A stretch of 64,000 nt of DNA. Source: an uncultured Methanoregulaceae archaeon (GTDB taxonomy: Archaea > Halobacteriota > Methanomicrobia > Methanomicrobiales > Methanospirillaceae). Location: NCBI GenBank assembly GCA_963717525.1, contig OY970343.1, positions 1,088,001-1,152,000 of the forward strand, written 5' to 3'. The translations under genes were made by a program, and so were the position numbers. Positions within the stretch are counted from its first letter, which is position 1, and each line of letters begins with the position of its first letter. The notes under the pieces are model-generated. The model was not told the origin of the DNA, did no database searches, and worked only from the letters and a program-made list of their open reading frames with translations. Shown in pieces: positions 11,351-21,870 of this stretch.

Positions 11351-12289
11351 ATGAAAACTATTCATTCTATTCCAAAATCGAATCCAAATTTGGCCAAAAT
11401 AACACTTTCAAATGCTTATGAGGATTTGCAGGTCTCTCGATTGTTATTTAAAAACAAACATTACGCACGATCGATTTTTCATCTTCAGCAAAGTGTCGAA
11501 AAGGCAGTGAAATCCTTTGGATATTATAGTGGATTATTTGACGAAAACATTGCAAAAAACATGCAATTGATCGGCCATAATGTAACGAATGCCTACCCAG
11601 TCTCTTTAGAACAATATCAGAAGATTGTAGAGTTTATAAAATCTAACCCGAATGAAGATTATGTTCAATATTTTCTTATTGAAAATTTTGCTTTTTTTAG
11701 AGAGATAAATCGAGATATTGACGATCTTTTAAAACAAATCGAAGACAATTTTCGATTAATCGATAAACTTGATTTAACTTCAGATGAAATAATTAAATAT
11801 CTCAATATTCTTGAAGAAAAAAGCATTGAAGCTAAATCAACACTGAAATTATTGAAAAGCGAAAATGTATCTGATAAAATTAGGAAAGAAATAATCGAAA
11901 TATGGAAGGTTTATATCAAGGATGAAATGAAAATTTTGTGTCATAAACATCATACTCCTTTTTTGACAGTTGAAAAAATAATAGATAAAGAATGTGAATC
12001 ATTCACGAATGAAGGGATAAGCCATGCGATATTATTTGTGTATTATCAGTACTTTGCCATTGATCCGCTTTTTTATCTCGGAATATTAACGCAGCATCAT
12101 GAACAAAAAACTCGGTATCCCAATTACAATAAAAATTTTAATCCACTGGAATACTACGATGATAAAAATCCGTTAATTGTAAATTATAACCAAATTCATA
12201 AATTTACAAAAGAAGGATTGAAACGACTTGAAAAATTATTTTCATTGGAAATTCCCTCAAAGAAAACATTATCCGGGTATAATTCTTAA
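11351..12289 (+). CDS. HEPN domain protein with large helical insertion
   Basis: AYEDL...Y.RSIFHLQQSVEKAVK...GHN and C-terminal TRYP; very AT-rich. Confidence 0.7.
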   Translation: MKTIHSIPKSNPNLAKITLSNAYEDLQVSRLLFKNKHYARSIFHLQQSVEKAVKSFGYYSGLFDENIAKNMQLIGHNVTNAYPVSLEQYQKIVEFIKSNPNEDYVQYFLIENFAFFREINRDIDDLLKQIEDNFRLIDKLDLTSDEIIKYLNILEEKSIEAKSTLKLLKSENVSDKIRKEIIEIWKVYIKDEMKILCHKHHTPFLTVEKIIDKECESFTNEGISHAILFVYYQYFAIDPLFYLGILTQHHEQKTRYPNYNKNFNPLEYYDDKNPLIVNYNQIHKFTKEGLKRLEKLFSLEIPSKKTLSGYNS

Positions 12290-12419
12290 ATTGCAGTGCA
12301 TTAACAGGAAGCTCTTTTCCGAAGTCTAAAGATGTAATGAACGGTCATCTCTTCGATTCATGATAAGGTGGTGGCCCACACCACAAACCCTTCAAGCCGC
12401 TGATGATGGCCTGCAACGA

Positions 12420-12600
12420 ACTCGCAGCAGGGAGCGATGCATCCCCGCCTCAGGGTCCCTCACGGGGCACGGCGGGGCTGATTACCCGTGTAATGCCCTC
12501 TCCGGTAAATTGATCCGCCGCGGGGGCGTCCCTTCGGGGGCGGCGGCACTCCTCGCTCGTGGGGGTGTGGGGGCGACAGCCCCCACGATATCCCCATCAC
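12420..12600. other. GC-rich multi-hairpin non-coding element (possible structured RNA or repeat)
   Basis: Stems CCCCGCC/GGCGGGG (12443-12477), CGTCCC-TTCG-GGGGCG, GTGGGGGC-GACA-GCCCCCAC. Confidence 0.5.
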
Positions 12601-13370
12601 ACAAACCGGAACCTCCGGCGGCTCCGACCCGAAGATTTCCGGAAAATTCCGTACCGTGAGCTGAGGATTTGCAAAAATAATCGATCCGGCAGCTGAAGAT
12701 TTTGAAAAAAGATCCGGGTCACCTGCGTTTTATCTGTCATAGAATGTGCTCCCGGAATACTTATTCGTTGATAAATCCGGGCCCGTAACACCGTCCAATC
12801 TCCCTGTCCGAAAATCAGTGCTCATAAATGGCTCCATTTGCCAAAATAAGCCTAAATTGAGCCCCATATAATGCCCATAATCGGCCATAGACGCCCCTAG
12901 AACGGCCACGATTTTCAGGATAAACCGAAAACCCATCCGGACCAAAAAAGGGTCTCAAAACGCGAATACGTGAACCTTTTATTTCGTCCGATTGTCGAAA
13001 TAAGGCTGATTTGGGCTTATTTTTAAACGGAGCCCGATACGGGCTTCTTTTCGATCAGGAAATGGGTAAACGGAGGTCAGATTGAGCCCGGATTAGGGTA
13101 GAGCAGTACTCCTCCCAGCACCCTATACAAGGTGGGGTAGACATCCATCTCCCCCCTCCGCCCGCTCAAAATATTCACCGGGATTTTCCGGCTTTCCGCC
13201 TTTTCCAAAAAAAGCCGGCGCGGTTGCTGAAATATCTCAAAGAAGTTTATGGTGTTACCGGCATTTTTGAAATTCGTTCAACAGCGCTGCCAAACTTTTT
13301 AAAAATAAACTCTGACATGTGTCAGTATTTTTACAAAACCATTATAATCTCACGACGCGCACTCTCCTGC

Positions 13371-14690
13371 ATGGCAAAGAGGGCAGAGAGAAAACAGGAC
13401 ACTACCAGCGCCACAATCCCAAAGCTGGCGAAGTTTTTATCCGGGTATAGCAATTCAAGCAGCCGGGCGGGGTATAAGAATTCAATCGAATCTTTCCTGC
13501 GTTGTATCTACGGTTTGAAGAAAGAAGATATCAAAGCAGGTAAAATCCCGGCACCAGATTACAACTCGCTTTTCGAACTGTACTTACTCTCCAAGCGTGA
13601 TAACGATGCAGACTTTATCCGGTTTTCCGAACACCTGATAGAAACACGCCCGGCACTATCTGCAAAGCAAACGATGACCCTGGTCAGGTATGCAATGACC
13701 TATCACGGGATTACCATCAGCAAGGGTACCAGTCAGGATATACGTCGGGAAACCATGAAGGGCAGTGCGGCGACCGTTGACAGGGCATTGAACACCAAGA
13801 TCATCAATGCGGCACTCCAGCACTGCACAATACAAGGCAAGGCACTTTTTTTATGCCTCGCGAGTAACGGGGCCCGCCTCAACGAGATGTTAACCGTCAG
13901 TATCAACGACGTGGATTTTAATAATCACCCTGTCAAGATGACATTTCGGGGAGAGAATACCAAAACCAAGACGCAAAGGTATACTTTTATTTCCGACGAA
14001 GCAGCGGCAGCTGTTCAGGAGTGGTTGAAGGTTCGCGGTCAATATATCGAGATGAGCAACGCCAAGAGCAAGAAACTGATTGAGAGGGGACTTGCCAGCA
14101 TCAAGTCGGCTGAGGATACCCGCCTCTTCCCATTCAGCGATGCATCCGTAACCGCATGGTGGAATGATGCACTGGCAGCAAGTGGGGAACTGACAAAAGA
14201 TGACGTGACAGGTAGGAATCAGTTACGGATTCACGGATTTCGAAAATTTTTCTTGAGCCAGATGAGTTTGGTTATCAGCAAGGAGATCCCAGAATTTTTA
14301 GCCGGTCACGCATCATACCTGTCAGGTTCATACAGGAGATATGATGAGAACACCGTTGCTGCCGAGTATCTTCAAGGAATGCATATGGTCTCGGTCACCG
14401 GCAATAAACAGATAAAAGAATTGGAGAACGAGTTAAAGCAAACGATGCAGGATCAGGCAGCGAAGACGGAGAAACATGCTGAAACCCTTGAATACCTCCT
14501 CAAGAAATATATGAAGGTCGAGGAGGAATTGACCAAGTTACAGGCAGATGTCAAGGCAGGGACCGAACTCTTCCGGACTGTTATGGCCGACCCGGCCATG
14601 TTATCCAACCTGAAGGATATGTTTGCCTTGGCCGGCCGGATGAAAGACAACCCGGACCTTCTCCGGAAGATTACAAAACTGATCTCGTAA
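13371..14690 (+). CDS. Tyrosine recombinase/integrase with C-terminal coiled-coil extension
   Basis: Catalytic set R (GARLNE), K (TKTK), H..R (HGFR), H (LAGH), Y (SGSY). Confidence 0.9.
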   Translation: MAKRAERKQDTTSATIPKLAKFLSGYSNSSSRAGYKNSIESFLRCIYGLKKEDIKAGKIPAPDYNSLFELYLLSKRDNDADFIRFSEHLIETRPALSAKQTMTLVRYAMTYHGITISKGTSQDIRRETMKGSAATVDRALNTKIINAALQHCTIQGKALFLCLASNGARLNEMLTVSINDVDFNNHPVKMTFRGENTKTKTQRYTFISDEAAAAVQEWLKVRGQYIEMSNAKSKKLIERGLASIKSAEDTRLFPFSDASVTAWWNDALAASGELTKDDVTGRNQLRIHGFRKFFLSQMSLVISKEIPEFLAGHASYLSGSYRRYDENTVAAEYLQGMHMVSVTGNKQIKELENELKQTMQDQAAKTEKHAETLEYLLKKYMKVEEELTKLQADVKAGTELFRTVMADPAMLSNLKDMFALAGRMKDNPDLLRKITKLIS

Positions 14691-14723
14691 CTGTCGTACC
14701 TTATCAGTTATCCGATAATTCCC

Positions 14724-15422
14724 TCATTTCTTCACGGGGAACAAACGTTCGTTTTCATTTCTCTGCTCATACTCTAACCGTTCCCGCTCTTTAAGCAATT
14801 CACCACCACGCTCGGTCTGCCAACCCCGCATCATATCGAAAAATACGCACACTTCGAAAAACCTGTCGTAATAGAAAAACGGCAATGCTATTCTCTTTCC
14901 GTTTGCATCGACAGGTCGGGTTGCCGGGGGCCAGATCAGACGTGCCATGAGATATTGGAACCATCTTTCTACTATCGTATCGATTTCGTTATTGACAAGA
15001 GCCAGTTCAAAGTAACTGGGTGATGCCCCCAAATAGCGTTTCAGTTTACCCTTATCGCCCTTTGAAAAGTGAGGGGGGAATCGTTCATTCACCAGGGCGT
15101 CGAGAACCCAGTCAGTACGATACAAATTCTCTCTGAGTTCCCTGTAATTGGTATAAATCTCTAGAATAGCGGCAGTGTTCTTTCTTATGAGGTATACCGA
15201 TTTAGGCCCGCCAACCGATTCCTTCAATTTTTCTTCCTTGATATCGATAACTTCCTCAGTGCGGAGTTCCTCCAATGGCTTTGTCAAAGCAGCGTACGAG
15301 TTTTTGTATTTTTTATTGACCTCTGTAAATTCAATCAGATACTGTGTCGTTGCTTCTCTCCGGGCAATCAAGCATTCCAGTATCTTTAATTTAAGTTCAC
15401 GATCCGCCACTTTTCTCGCCAT
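14724..15422 (-). CDS. Putative winged-helix DNA-binding protein
   Basis: KILECL...L..PLEEL...V...GGPKSVY wHTH-like pattern; convergent with the integrase. Confidence 0.55.
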   Translation of the reverse strand: MARKVADRELKLKILECLIARREATTQYLIEFTEVNKKYKNSYAALTKPLEELRTEEVIDIKEEKLKESVGGPKSVYLIRKNTAAILEIYTNYRELRENLYRTDWVLDALVNERFPPHFSKGDKGKLKRYLGASPSYFELALVNNEIDTIVERWFQYLMARLIWPPATRPVDANGKRIALPFFYYDRFFEVCVFFDMMRGWQTERGGELLKERERLEYEQRNENERLFPVKK

Positions 15423-15591
15423 ATATTCCCTCAACCACAATAACTCGCGTAGATATTTCTATTTTACGAGTAATCTGTTGTGTCAATTCTGTGGACATAA
15501 TCGCAGTACAAGTTTAATTGTCCTTCTCTTGACCAGAGTCTCTTCCGGAGAGTGAGCGAACATTTCGCGGACTCCAGAAAAAAAGTGAATT

Positions 15592-16023
15592 TTAGCGGCG
15601 ACCCGCATCTTTCCGGTCAGATGCCCGGAATCGACGGGGCTGCACCGCCGGCGATCCATCCTTGGAACTTTGGATCATAGTAGTATCAGCCGTCTTCCCG
15701 GGAATGACCGAATCAGGATTGCCGGGTGATGTTCCGCGTAACTCGGCAATCGCCTGATCGAGAACCGTTCGTTGCCGCTCCAATATCTGAATAACCGATT
15801 CTGGATCTTTATCCACTCGGGGGTCCGTAGTTGGGAACCCCGTCGCCACAGCGGGTTCCTGCTGACTGTTCGCAGAGTCAGAGTTATCCGGCCCAGCAGT
15901 ATCATCCATTGTTCCGGCTTTATCTACAAACTCGAAAACATGCCCATCGGGACTCTTTCCCTGATATTGCAGGAGGACGAGATCTCCCGTTCGTAAATCT
16001 AATGTTTCATCATCATTTGACAT
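15592..16023 (-). CDS. Hypothetical protein
   Basis: ORF with GGAGG-like RBS upstream of the ATG at 16023. Confidence 0.5.
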   Translation of the reverse strand: MSNDDETLDLRTGDLVLLQYQGKSPDGHVFEFVDKAGTMDDTAGPDNSDSANSQQEPAVATGFPTTDPRVDKDPESVIQILERQRTVLDQAIAELRGTSPGNPDSVIPGKTADTTMIQSSKDGSPAVQPRRFRASDRKDAGRR

Positions 16024-17103
16024 CGTTATCCCTCCATGGTTACTGTTGTGACAGACTCCTGAAGTCAGTCGATCCAGCACGGCGAGCGCCAGCGATACCG
16101 TCACCAGCGACCCGTTGCCGACCCAATATAACAACTCATGTTTGTCCATGCGTTTTCCCTCATGCCACCCCAAACAACCAAGGGGCATTCAGATCTATGC
16201 GAAGAACCTTAAAATAACTAATTTCTAGCCCCTTTTTCATGATTAGAGCTATTTAATCGAGTATTTTCTCGCAAGCTTAACTCAATCTTGCGAGCAAAAC
16301 CGGAAATTTCTCGCAGAAGTGCCATAGAATTACGATAAATCGGATGTGTTTCCTCGTACATGAGGGGTGTTTTCAGAAAAATTCCGAGCCTACCCCCGTA
16401 TAATTGAACAATGCGGTTCTGAGGAAATATTGACGGGTTCGGACTTTTTTACGAGAGGAAATCAAATATCTGCTGTAGACGCCTCAGAATCACCAACGTG
16501 GATTGACTTAAAAACAGCGAGAGATCCTTACCAATTTTGGCAGGAATCTCTCGCATTTCTGGCGTTTATTACTATTTATAGGTCCATCGGGATCAAATTC
16601 CAACGGTTTTTTGTAAGGTTTTGTCACTAAAAATGGATGATTATTTTGAGGTGTTTTTTGTTTTGAGAAAAAACAACAGATTTACGTCGTAAAAGATACA
16701 TCGCATTTTACCGTAGTGTTCCGTTGTGTTGGAACCAAAGAAACTCCCTAGTATTCATCGATCAATTCCTTCTGAAGAGACTTGGATCCAGACCTCAGAG
16801 GAGAGCGCGGATGTCTGGTGTATTCTGATAAGTTGGCGGTTGATAGGAGGTTTTTCCGAAGAAAAATTAAAGATCAACCATGAACCTATCAGCATCTGCG
16901 GCCATGTCGCTCCGCAATCCTTGCCTCGGTATGTTTGGCATAGTTTCCACAGGTTGGCACTACGTGGTGGTGCCCCAAAGAGGAAATCCCCAATGTATTT
17001 TTTATTTCCTATTAAAGGAACGATATAAATCCAAAATTTTGGAAAATTTTATACCAGTAAAATCGCCGGAAAAATCAGAACCGGGACACGGATCTAGGCG
17101 ATA

Positions 17104-17194
17104 GATCTTGTTGCGTTAACGGGACTTAACAAAATTAATATCGTCGTGACCTATCAATGTTGACTATTAAAAGTCCCGACAACGAACCAGAACC
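17104..17194. repeat. Dispersed palindrome P1 (subfamily A, 91 bp)
   Basis: Arms gatcttgttgcgttaacgggactt / aagtcccgacaacgaaccagaacc. Confidence 0.85.
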
Positions 17195-17278
17195 CTGATA
17201 ACAATAGAATAAAAATGCTCCCCACTTATTACTATATACTAATGTCCGGAGAGGTAACCCCGGGCAGAGTTTGATACC

Positions 17279-19340
17279 ATGTGGACGCCTGATTTGAGAA
17301 CTCTTTTTCTTGTCCTCTTTCTCGTCAACGTCTTTCTCACACTGATGCTCTTTTCTTTCTGGAAGACCCAGAAGACCCACCGCGGGTTCAAGACATGGAT
17401 GCTCGCCCTGCTGGTCACATCATGCGGGTATTTCCTGTACATGCTCGGCGGATCCGTGCCCGTTCTGCTTTCCTCAACTGTAGGAAATCTTTTGATCCCG
17501 CTCTCGATTATGATGCGGCTAGACAGTACCAGGAAATATTTCCTGTCAAAGGCGCTCTCCCCGATCATCTACAGCGCCCTTATTCCGTCTGCTATTCTGT
17601 TTCTCTATTTTACTTTCAGTTTCGATTCGGTTGTCATTCGTGGCGTGATCATTGGGCTGCTCATCGTTCCCAGCCTCCTTGCGGCCTCCCTCATTGCGAT
17701 TCGATTCCGGGAACTGGAAACCTGGTCGCTCAGGTATGGATTTGCCGCTGCCCTTTTTATCACGGCACTCTTCTGGACTGCAATCATCATTAGAGCGATT
17801 ATCACCCCCGGGGATCACTCGCTTTCAGGCCCGGATCCCATAAATCCCATCTTTTTTACCGTCACTATCCTCATGGATATCGTCGCCACGGTCTTCTTCC
17901 TGTTGCTCAATATGGCCCGGTCCCAGACCGAGCTCCGGCAAAGCGAGGAGCAGTACCCGGAACCTTGCAGACAACCTCCCTGATTATATTATCGTCCACG
18001 ATGGAGAGTTCATTCTTTATGCCAACCCGGCAGCGGCCCGGCTCATAGAACCCTCCCGGGAAACCCTTGTTGGACAATCAATCTATTCCTTCATGACCCC
18101 TGCAAGTGCGGAGGCTTCGAGGACGTTTAGCAAGACAACCCGTAACGGAGCTTCCCCGTCTCCGCTCCGCGAGCTTGATATCCAGCTCAGGGACGGCACT
18201 ATCAGGCACTGCATAGTCAATACCGTGGCAATCAATGACCGGGGTGAGCCTGCATTCCTGTCTGTGATCACCGATATCACCGAACGCAAACAAGCTGAAG
18301 ATGCATTGAGGGAGAGTGAAGAGAAATACCGGGCTTTCTTTCTCACTTCGCGGGATTGCATTTTTATCACTACTTTGGACGGCAGATGGGTGGATTTCAA
18401 CGATGCAGCGGTTGAAATGTTTGGTTATGATAGCAGGGACGATCTGCTCAAGACCAACCTCGTCCTCATGTATGCAAATCCCCGCGACAGGGACACCCAA
18501 ATCGAGTATGTTCATGAAAAAGGGTATTCATTTGAATATCCAGTTGATTTAAAGAAAAAAGACGGGACAATTATCAACGCTCTCATCACCTCAGTTGCCC
18601 GTAAAGATGCATCCGGGAATACTATCGGTTTCCTGGGGTCAGTACGGGACATCACCGACCTCAAGCGGGCTGAAGACAATCTTCGCATGTTAAATAATAA
18701 ACTCAAATTGCTCTCCGGGATTACCCGTCATGATATGAAAAACCAGCTGGTGGCATTAAATGCCTATATCGATCTTTGCATGAATGCAATTGATAACCCG
18801 GCTGAGCTTAAGGAGTTTATTACAAAGGAACTGAAAATCGCCGAGGTTCTCGCAGAACAGATCGATTTCACTGAGGATTATGAAGATATTGGTGCGAAAT
18901 CCTCCGTCTGGCAGAATGTAAGTGCACTTGTGAAAAGAGCAGGAGCTGCTCTCCCCTTGGGGGATATAAGACTTGAAGTCACATGCTGCGCCAGTCTTGA
19001 GGTGTATGCCGATCCCCTGCTCGAAAAAGTATTTTATAACCTATTCGACAACTCGCTGCACTACGGAGGTGAGAACATCACTTCCATTCGTGTCACGGCA
19101 CATGAAACCGATGGCAATCTCCACATCATTTTTGAAGACAATGGGAGCGGTATTAGCGCTGAGGATAAAAAGGATTTATTCACCAAAGGTTTTGGTAAAC
19201 ATACCGGTCTCGGTCTCTTCCTCTCCCGCGAGATACTCTCGATTACCGGCATTTCTATCAGCGAGACCGGTGTACGGGGCAAGGGTGCACGGTTTGAGAT
19301 CGCGGTACCGGAAGGAGCTTTCCGGTTCACTGATCAATAA
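17279..19340 (+). CDS. Membrane-bound PAS-domain sensor histidine kinase (1-nt insertion near 17956)
   Basis: Multi-TM N-terminus, two PAS/PAC regions (DITERK, RDITDLK), H-box ITRHD, N-box NLFDNS, DNG.G, TGLGL; removing one C of TACCCGG joins the frames. Confidence 0.88.
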
Positions 19341-19350
19341 TCAAAAAACA

Positions 19351-19464
19351 GGCTCTGTAGGGTGCTGTGGGGTTGGCGATTGGTGACTGAAATTTCACCT
19401 CGTTAAATTTTCAAATCAGTCGCCATCGCAACAATATATCTACTGAGATTTTTTTTACAGAGTC
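19351..19464. repeat. Palindrome P2: 77-bp subfamily B element (19361-19437) nested in outer ggctctgta...tacagagtc ends
   Basis: Loop tttcacctcgttaaatt shared with the 51020-51097 copy; starts 11 bp after the kinase stop. Confidence 0.7.
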
Positions 19465-19554
19465 GAAAATATTGTTTTTCTCTTATGCAATAATGGAAAA
19501 TTAACCATCATTTTTAGCGACTGTTTTATGAGAAGAAACATACTATGACTCTTC

Positions 19555-20253
19555 GTGGTGAATGAAATGGACTATGGAACCATGATCGGGAATTCTTTTA
19601 CTTATGTAAAAGAGGGTATAATCGACAAAGTGAACACGTGGCTGCTCTTGATTATCGCCACACTTATTCTGGCAATACCCCTGATGGGGTATATCATGAG
19701 CGTATACCGGGGAACCAAACCTGCACCCGAAGTGGATGGCTGGAGTAAGTTATTTGTTGATGGAATTCTCCTGTTGATTGTCGGATTTATCTATGCGATC
19801 CCCATTTTGATATTAGAATTCCTTGTGATCGGTGCAACGTTTGTAACCCAAATGGGGAGTAACCCAACCGCAGCAATGACAGGTCTTGCCGGTGCCGGGA
19901 TCCTTGCAGTTATCCTGATCATAGTCGCAATCATCATTGCCATTGTCGCGCCCATCGGAATGATCCGCTTTGCACGAACCGGGAACTTCGGCGATGCTTT
20001 TAATTTTGGTGAAATTTTTGCCACCATAAAAAAGATCGGATGGCTCTCGTATATCCTTGCACTCATTATCGTTACCATCGTAGTCGGTATCCCGGTTCTC
20101 ATTCTCTGGGCCATCCTTACGGCACTGATCATTGCCCTGCCAATAGTTGGACTTGTTATTGCAGGGATAATCCTCCTCATAGTCCTCCCGATCATTGAGG
20201 TCTTCGAGGCACGGTTTCTTACTCAGGTTTACGAGACTGCCGGAACCGTATAA
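19555..20253 (+). CDS. DUF4013 family membrane protein
   Basis: GY...RG..PAPE...W..LFVDG, RFARTG.FGDAFNF. Confidence 0.8.
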   Translation: MVNEMDYGTMIGNSFTYVKEGIIDKVNTWLLLIIATLILAIPLMGYIMSVYRGTKPAPEVDGWSKLFVDGILLLIVGFIYAIPILILEFLVIGATFVTQMGSNPTAAMTGLAGAGILAVILIIVAIIIAIVAPIGMIRFARTGNFGDAFNFGEIFATIKKIGWLSYILALIIVTIVVGIPVLILWAILTALIIALPIVGLVIAGIILLIVLPIIEVFEARFLTQVYETAGTV

Positions 20254-20341
20254 CTTTTTTTAGATTATTCAAGATAGGTTCTTCGAGGAAATCAAATGCC
20301 GTACTAAAAAAGTTGGGGTATTCTAAAATTTCAACCGTTTT

Positions 20342-20674
20342 TCAGTTGGACTTTTCAGATTCTAGAGTTACAATTTTCTTTGGTCTTCCACGTTTGCGTT
20401 TAGGACCATCGGCGGGTTTAGTTTCGTCCGTTTTGACCTTGCGGGGTCTCCCTCGCGGCCTCTTCTCTTTTTGTACGATTTTTTCATCGGGTTCAACCTT
20501 GCGCGGTCTTCCTCTTTTTCGTTTCTCACCCATGGTAGGAGTGGATTTTATTGGTTTTTCATCAGGAATAACTTTAATTTTTCCATCGGAGACGAATTTT
20601 AACAAAACTTTCTCAATCTCGTCGCCAATGGCACGATTTAATTTTGAAAAATCGCGTGGGGATATTTGATACAT
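20342..20674 (-). CDS. Small three-AT-hook (HMGA-like) DNA-binding protein, copy 1
   Basis: KRGRPRK, PRGRPRK, KRGRPKK; paralog at 45620-45949. Confidence 0.8.
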   Translation of the reverse strand: MYQISPRDFSKLNRAIGDEIEKVLLKFVSDGKIKVIPDEKPIKSTPTMGEKRKRGRPRKVEPDEKIVQKEKRPRGRPRKVKTDETKPADGPKRKRGRPKKIVTLESEKSN

Positions 20675-20790
20675 GGTTTGAAAAAGGATTTCTGAATATA
20701 AATGATTTCTCTTAATATTCCCCTTGCCTTGCGAAATCTAGAACAGTTTTATTAATTTAGTAGGTGGTAGAGATTACCTTTAGATGAATT

Positions 20791-20979
20791 ATGGCCCAAG
20801 AGTTTATCGGCAGGATTTTGTGTAAATTAGGATTTCACAAATGGGGAAAAAAGTACGGTCATGATATGTCTATGTCTAATGTCATTGACTGGACACAAAG
20901 ATGTGTACGTTGTGGGAAATCGAAAACATGGGTTGAAGCAAAACCAAAAAATTATGGGCATAGGAGATCTCGGGATTAA
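20791..20979 (+). CDS. Small Cys/His protein (DUF1660-like)
   Basis: LCKLGFHKW...CVRCG. Confidence 0.55.
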   Translation: MAQEFIGRILCKLGFHKWGKKYGHDMSMSNVIDWTQRCVRCGKSKTWVEAKPKNYGHRRSRD

Positions 20980-20989
20980 TTATTAATTT

Positions 20990-21043
20990 GGTTTTGTCAA
21001 GTTGCCACGAGGTGACAAATCTACTCCAGAAATGGATAAAATC
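20990..21043. repeat. Palindrome P3 (short subfamily C, 54 bp)
   Basis: ggttttgtcaagtt...aatggataaaatc; internal gtgacaaatctac matches P14 gtagatcgtcac in reverse; starts 11 bp after a stop codon. Confidence 0.55.
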
Positions 21044-21092
21044 ATATATCCCAAAGAATGAGATAACGGTTTTGAGATACGATTATTAATCC

Positions 21093-21671
21093 ATGAAACA
21101 AAAAAGGTCCATTATGGGTATTTTCAATAGGCTTTACAATCATTTTTTCAAAAAGAAAGAAAATCCCAATTTTAATTTAAAAGAACTAAAAAGTAATATC
21201 AAGAAATACAATGAAGAAATCCCCGAAACAAAATACAAAAAGAGTGTTGAAGAAACTACCGAATTATACCGAGAAGTTGAATGGAAACCTGATTGTCTGA
21301 TAAAACCTAAATCCAAAGCTAAAGGGGAATCCATAAAATCTCAAAAATTCGGTTCTAAGGGCAATTTGAGTGGATTAAAAGAAGATAATATTAGAGAATA
21401 CCGTGAAATACAATTCGAAGAAACTAAAAAAATAATTGAAGATGAAATAAGACAATTACAACTGATAATTCCCTCGTATGCAGTAAACCCCAATATCCCG
21501 ATTTATTTAAAGCGTCAAGAATATTGGAATAAAGAATGTTGTGCATCATGTTTGTCATGTTCTGATGATGATGGTAGACCACTCCGTTGTGTAAAACACA
21601 ATGTTAAAAATCATAAAAATGGATGTTGTGACGGTTATAGATATTATAACATACAAATACCCGGCAAATAA
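21093..21671 (+). CDS. Hypothetical protein with C-terminal Cys cluster
   Basis: CCASCLSC...C..H...CCDGY. Confidence 0.55.
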   Translation: MKQKRSIMGIFNRLYNHFFKKKENPNFNLKELKSNIKKYNEEIPETKYKKSVEETTELYREVEWKPDCLIKPKSKAKGESIKSQKFGSKGNLSGLKEDNIREYREIQFEETKKIIEDEIRQLQLIIPSYAVNPNIPIYLKRQEYWNKECCASCLSCSDDDGRPLRCVKHNVKNHKNGCCDGYRYYNIQIPGK

Positions 21672-21718
21672 CGATAATATGAGCATCCTTGATAAAATTT
21701 TTAGAAGAAAGAAGCTTT

Positions 21719-21758
21719 GTATCTGTCCATAGTCCGGGTACATCCACGCAACAGGTTC
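21719..21758. repeat. Short repeat P4 (subfamily D)
   Basis: atctgtccatagtccgggtacatcca resembles atctgtcaacagtccgggtgcatcca at 25906; ends cgcaacaggttc. Confidence 0.55.
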
Positions 21759-21870
21759 GAACTTGCCATCCACTCTTTTGTAAAGTCGCTGTATCTTATA
21801 CGCACGATTGTATTTTTAGGATATGAAGGGTCAGAACAGATTATGCGGGATCGGCAATCTGGATCATTTA

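Noticed and set aside
12290..12389. Degenerate subfamily A element right after the HEPN stop (tgcattaacagga ... caccacaaacc)
   Set aside because: Only about 12 nt match and arm pairing is poor; possible but not counted. The same applies to 24932-24983 and 40762-40834.
13075..13170. tRNA or other known RNA gene serving as the integration site
   Set aside because: A TAGGGT/ACCCTA stem exists, but I found no cloverleaf, T-loop or recognisable SRP/RNase P motifs.
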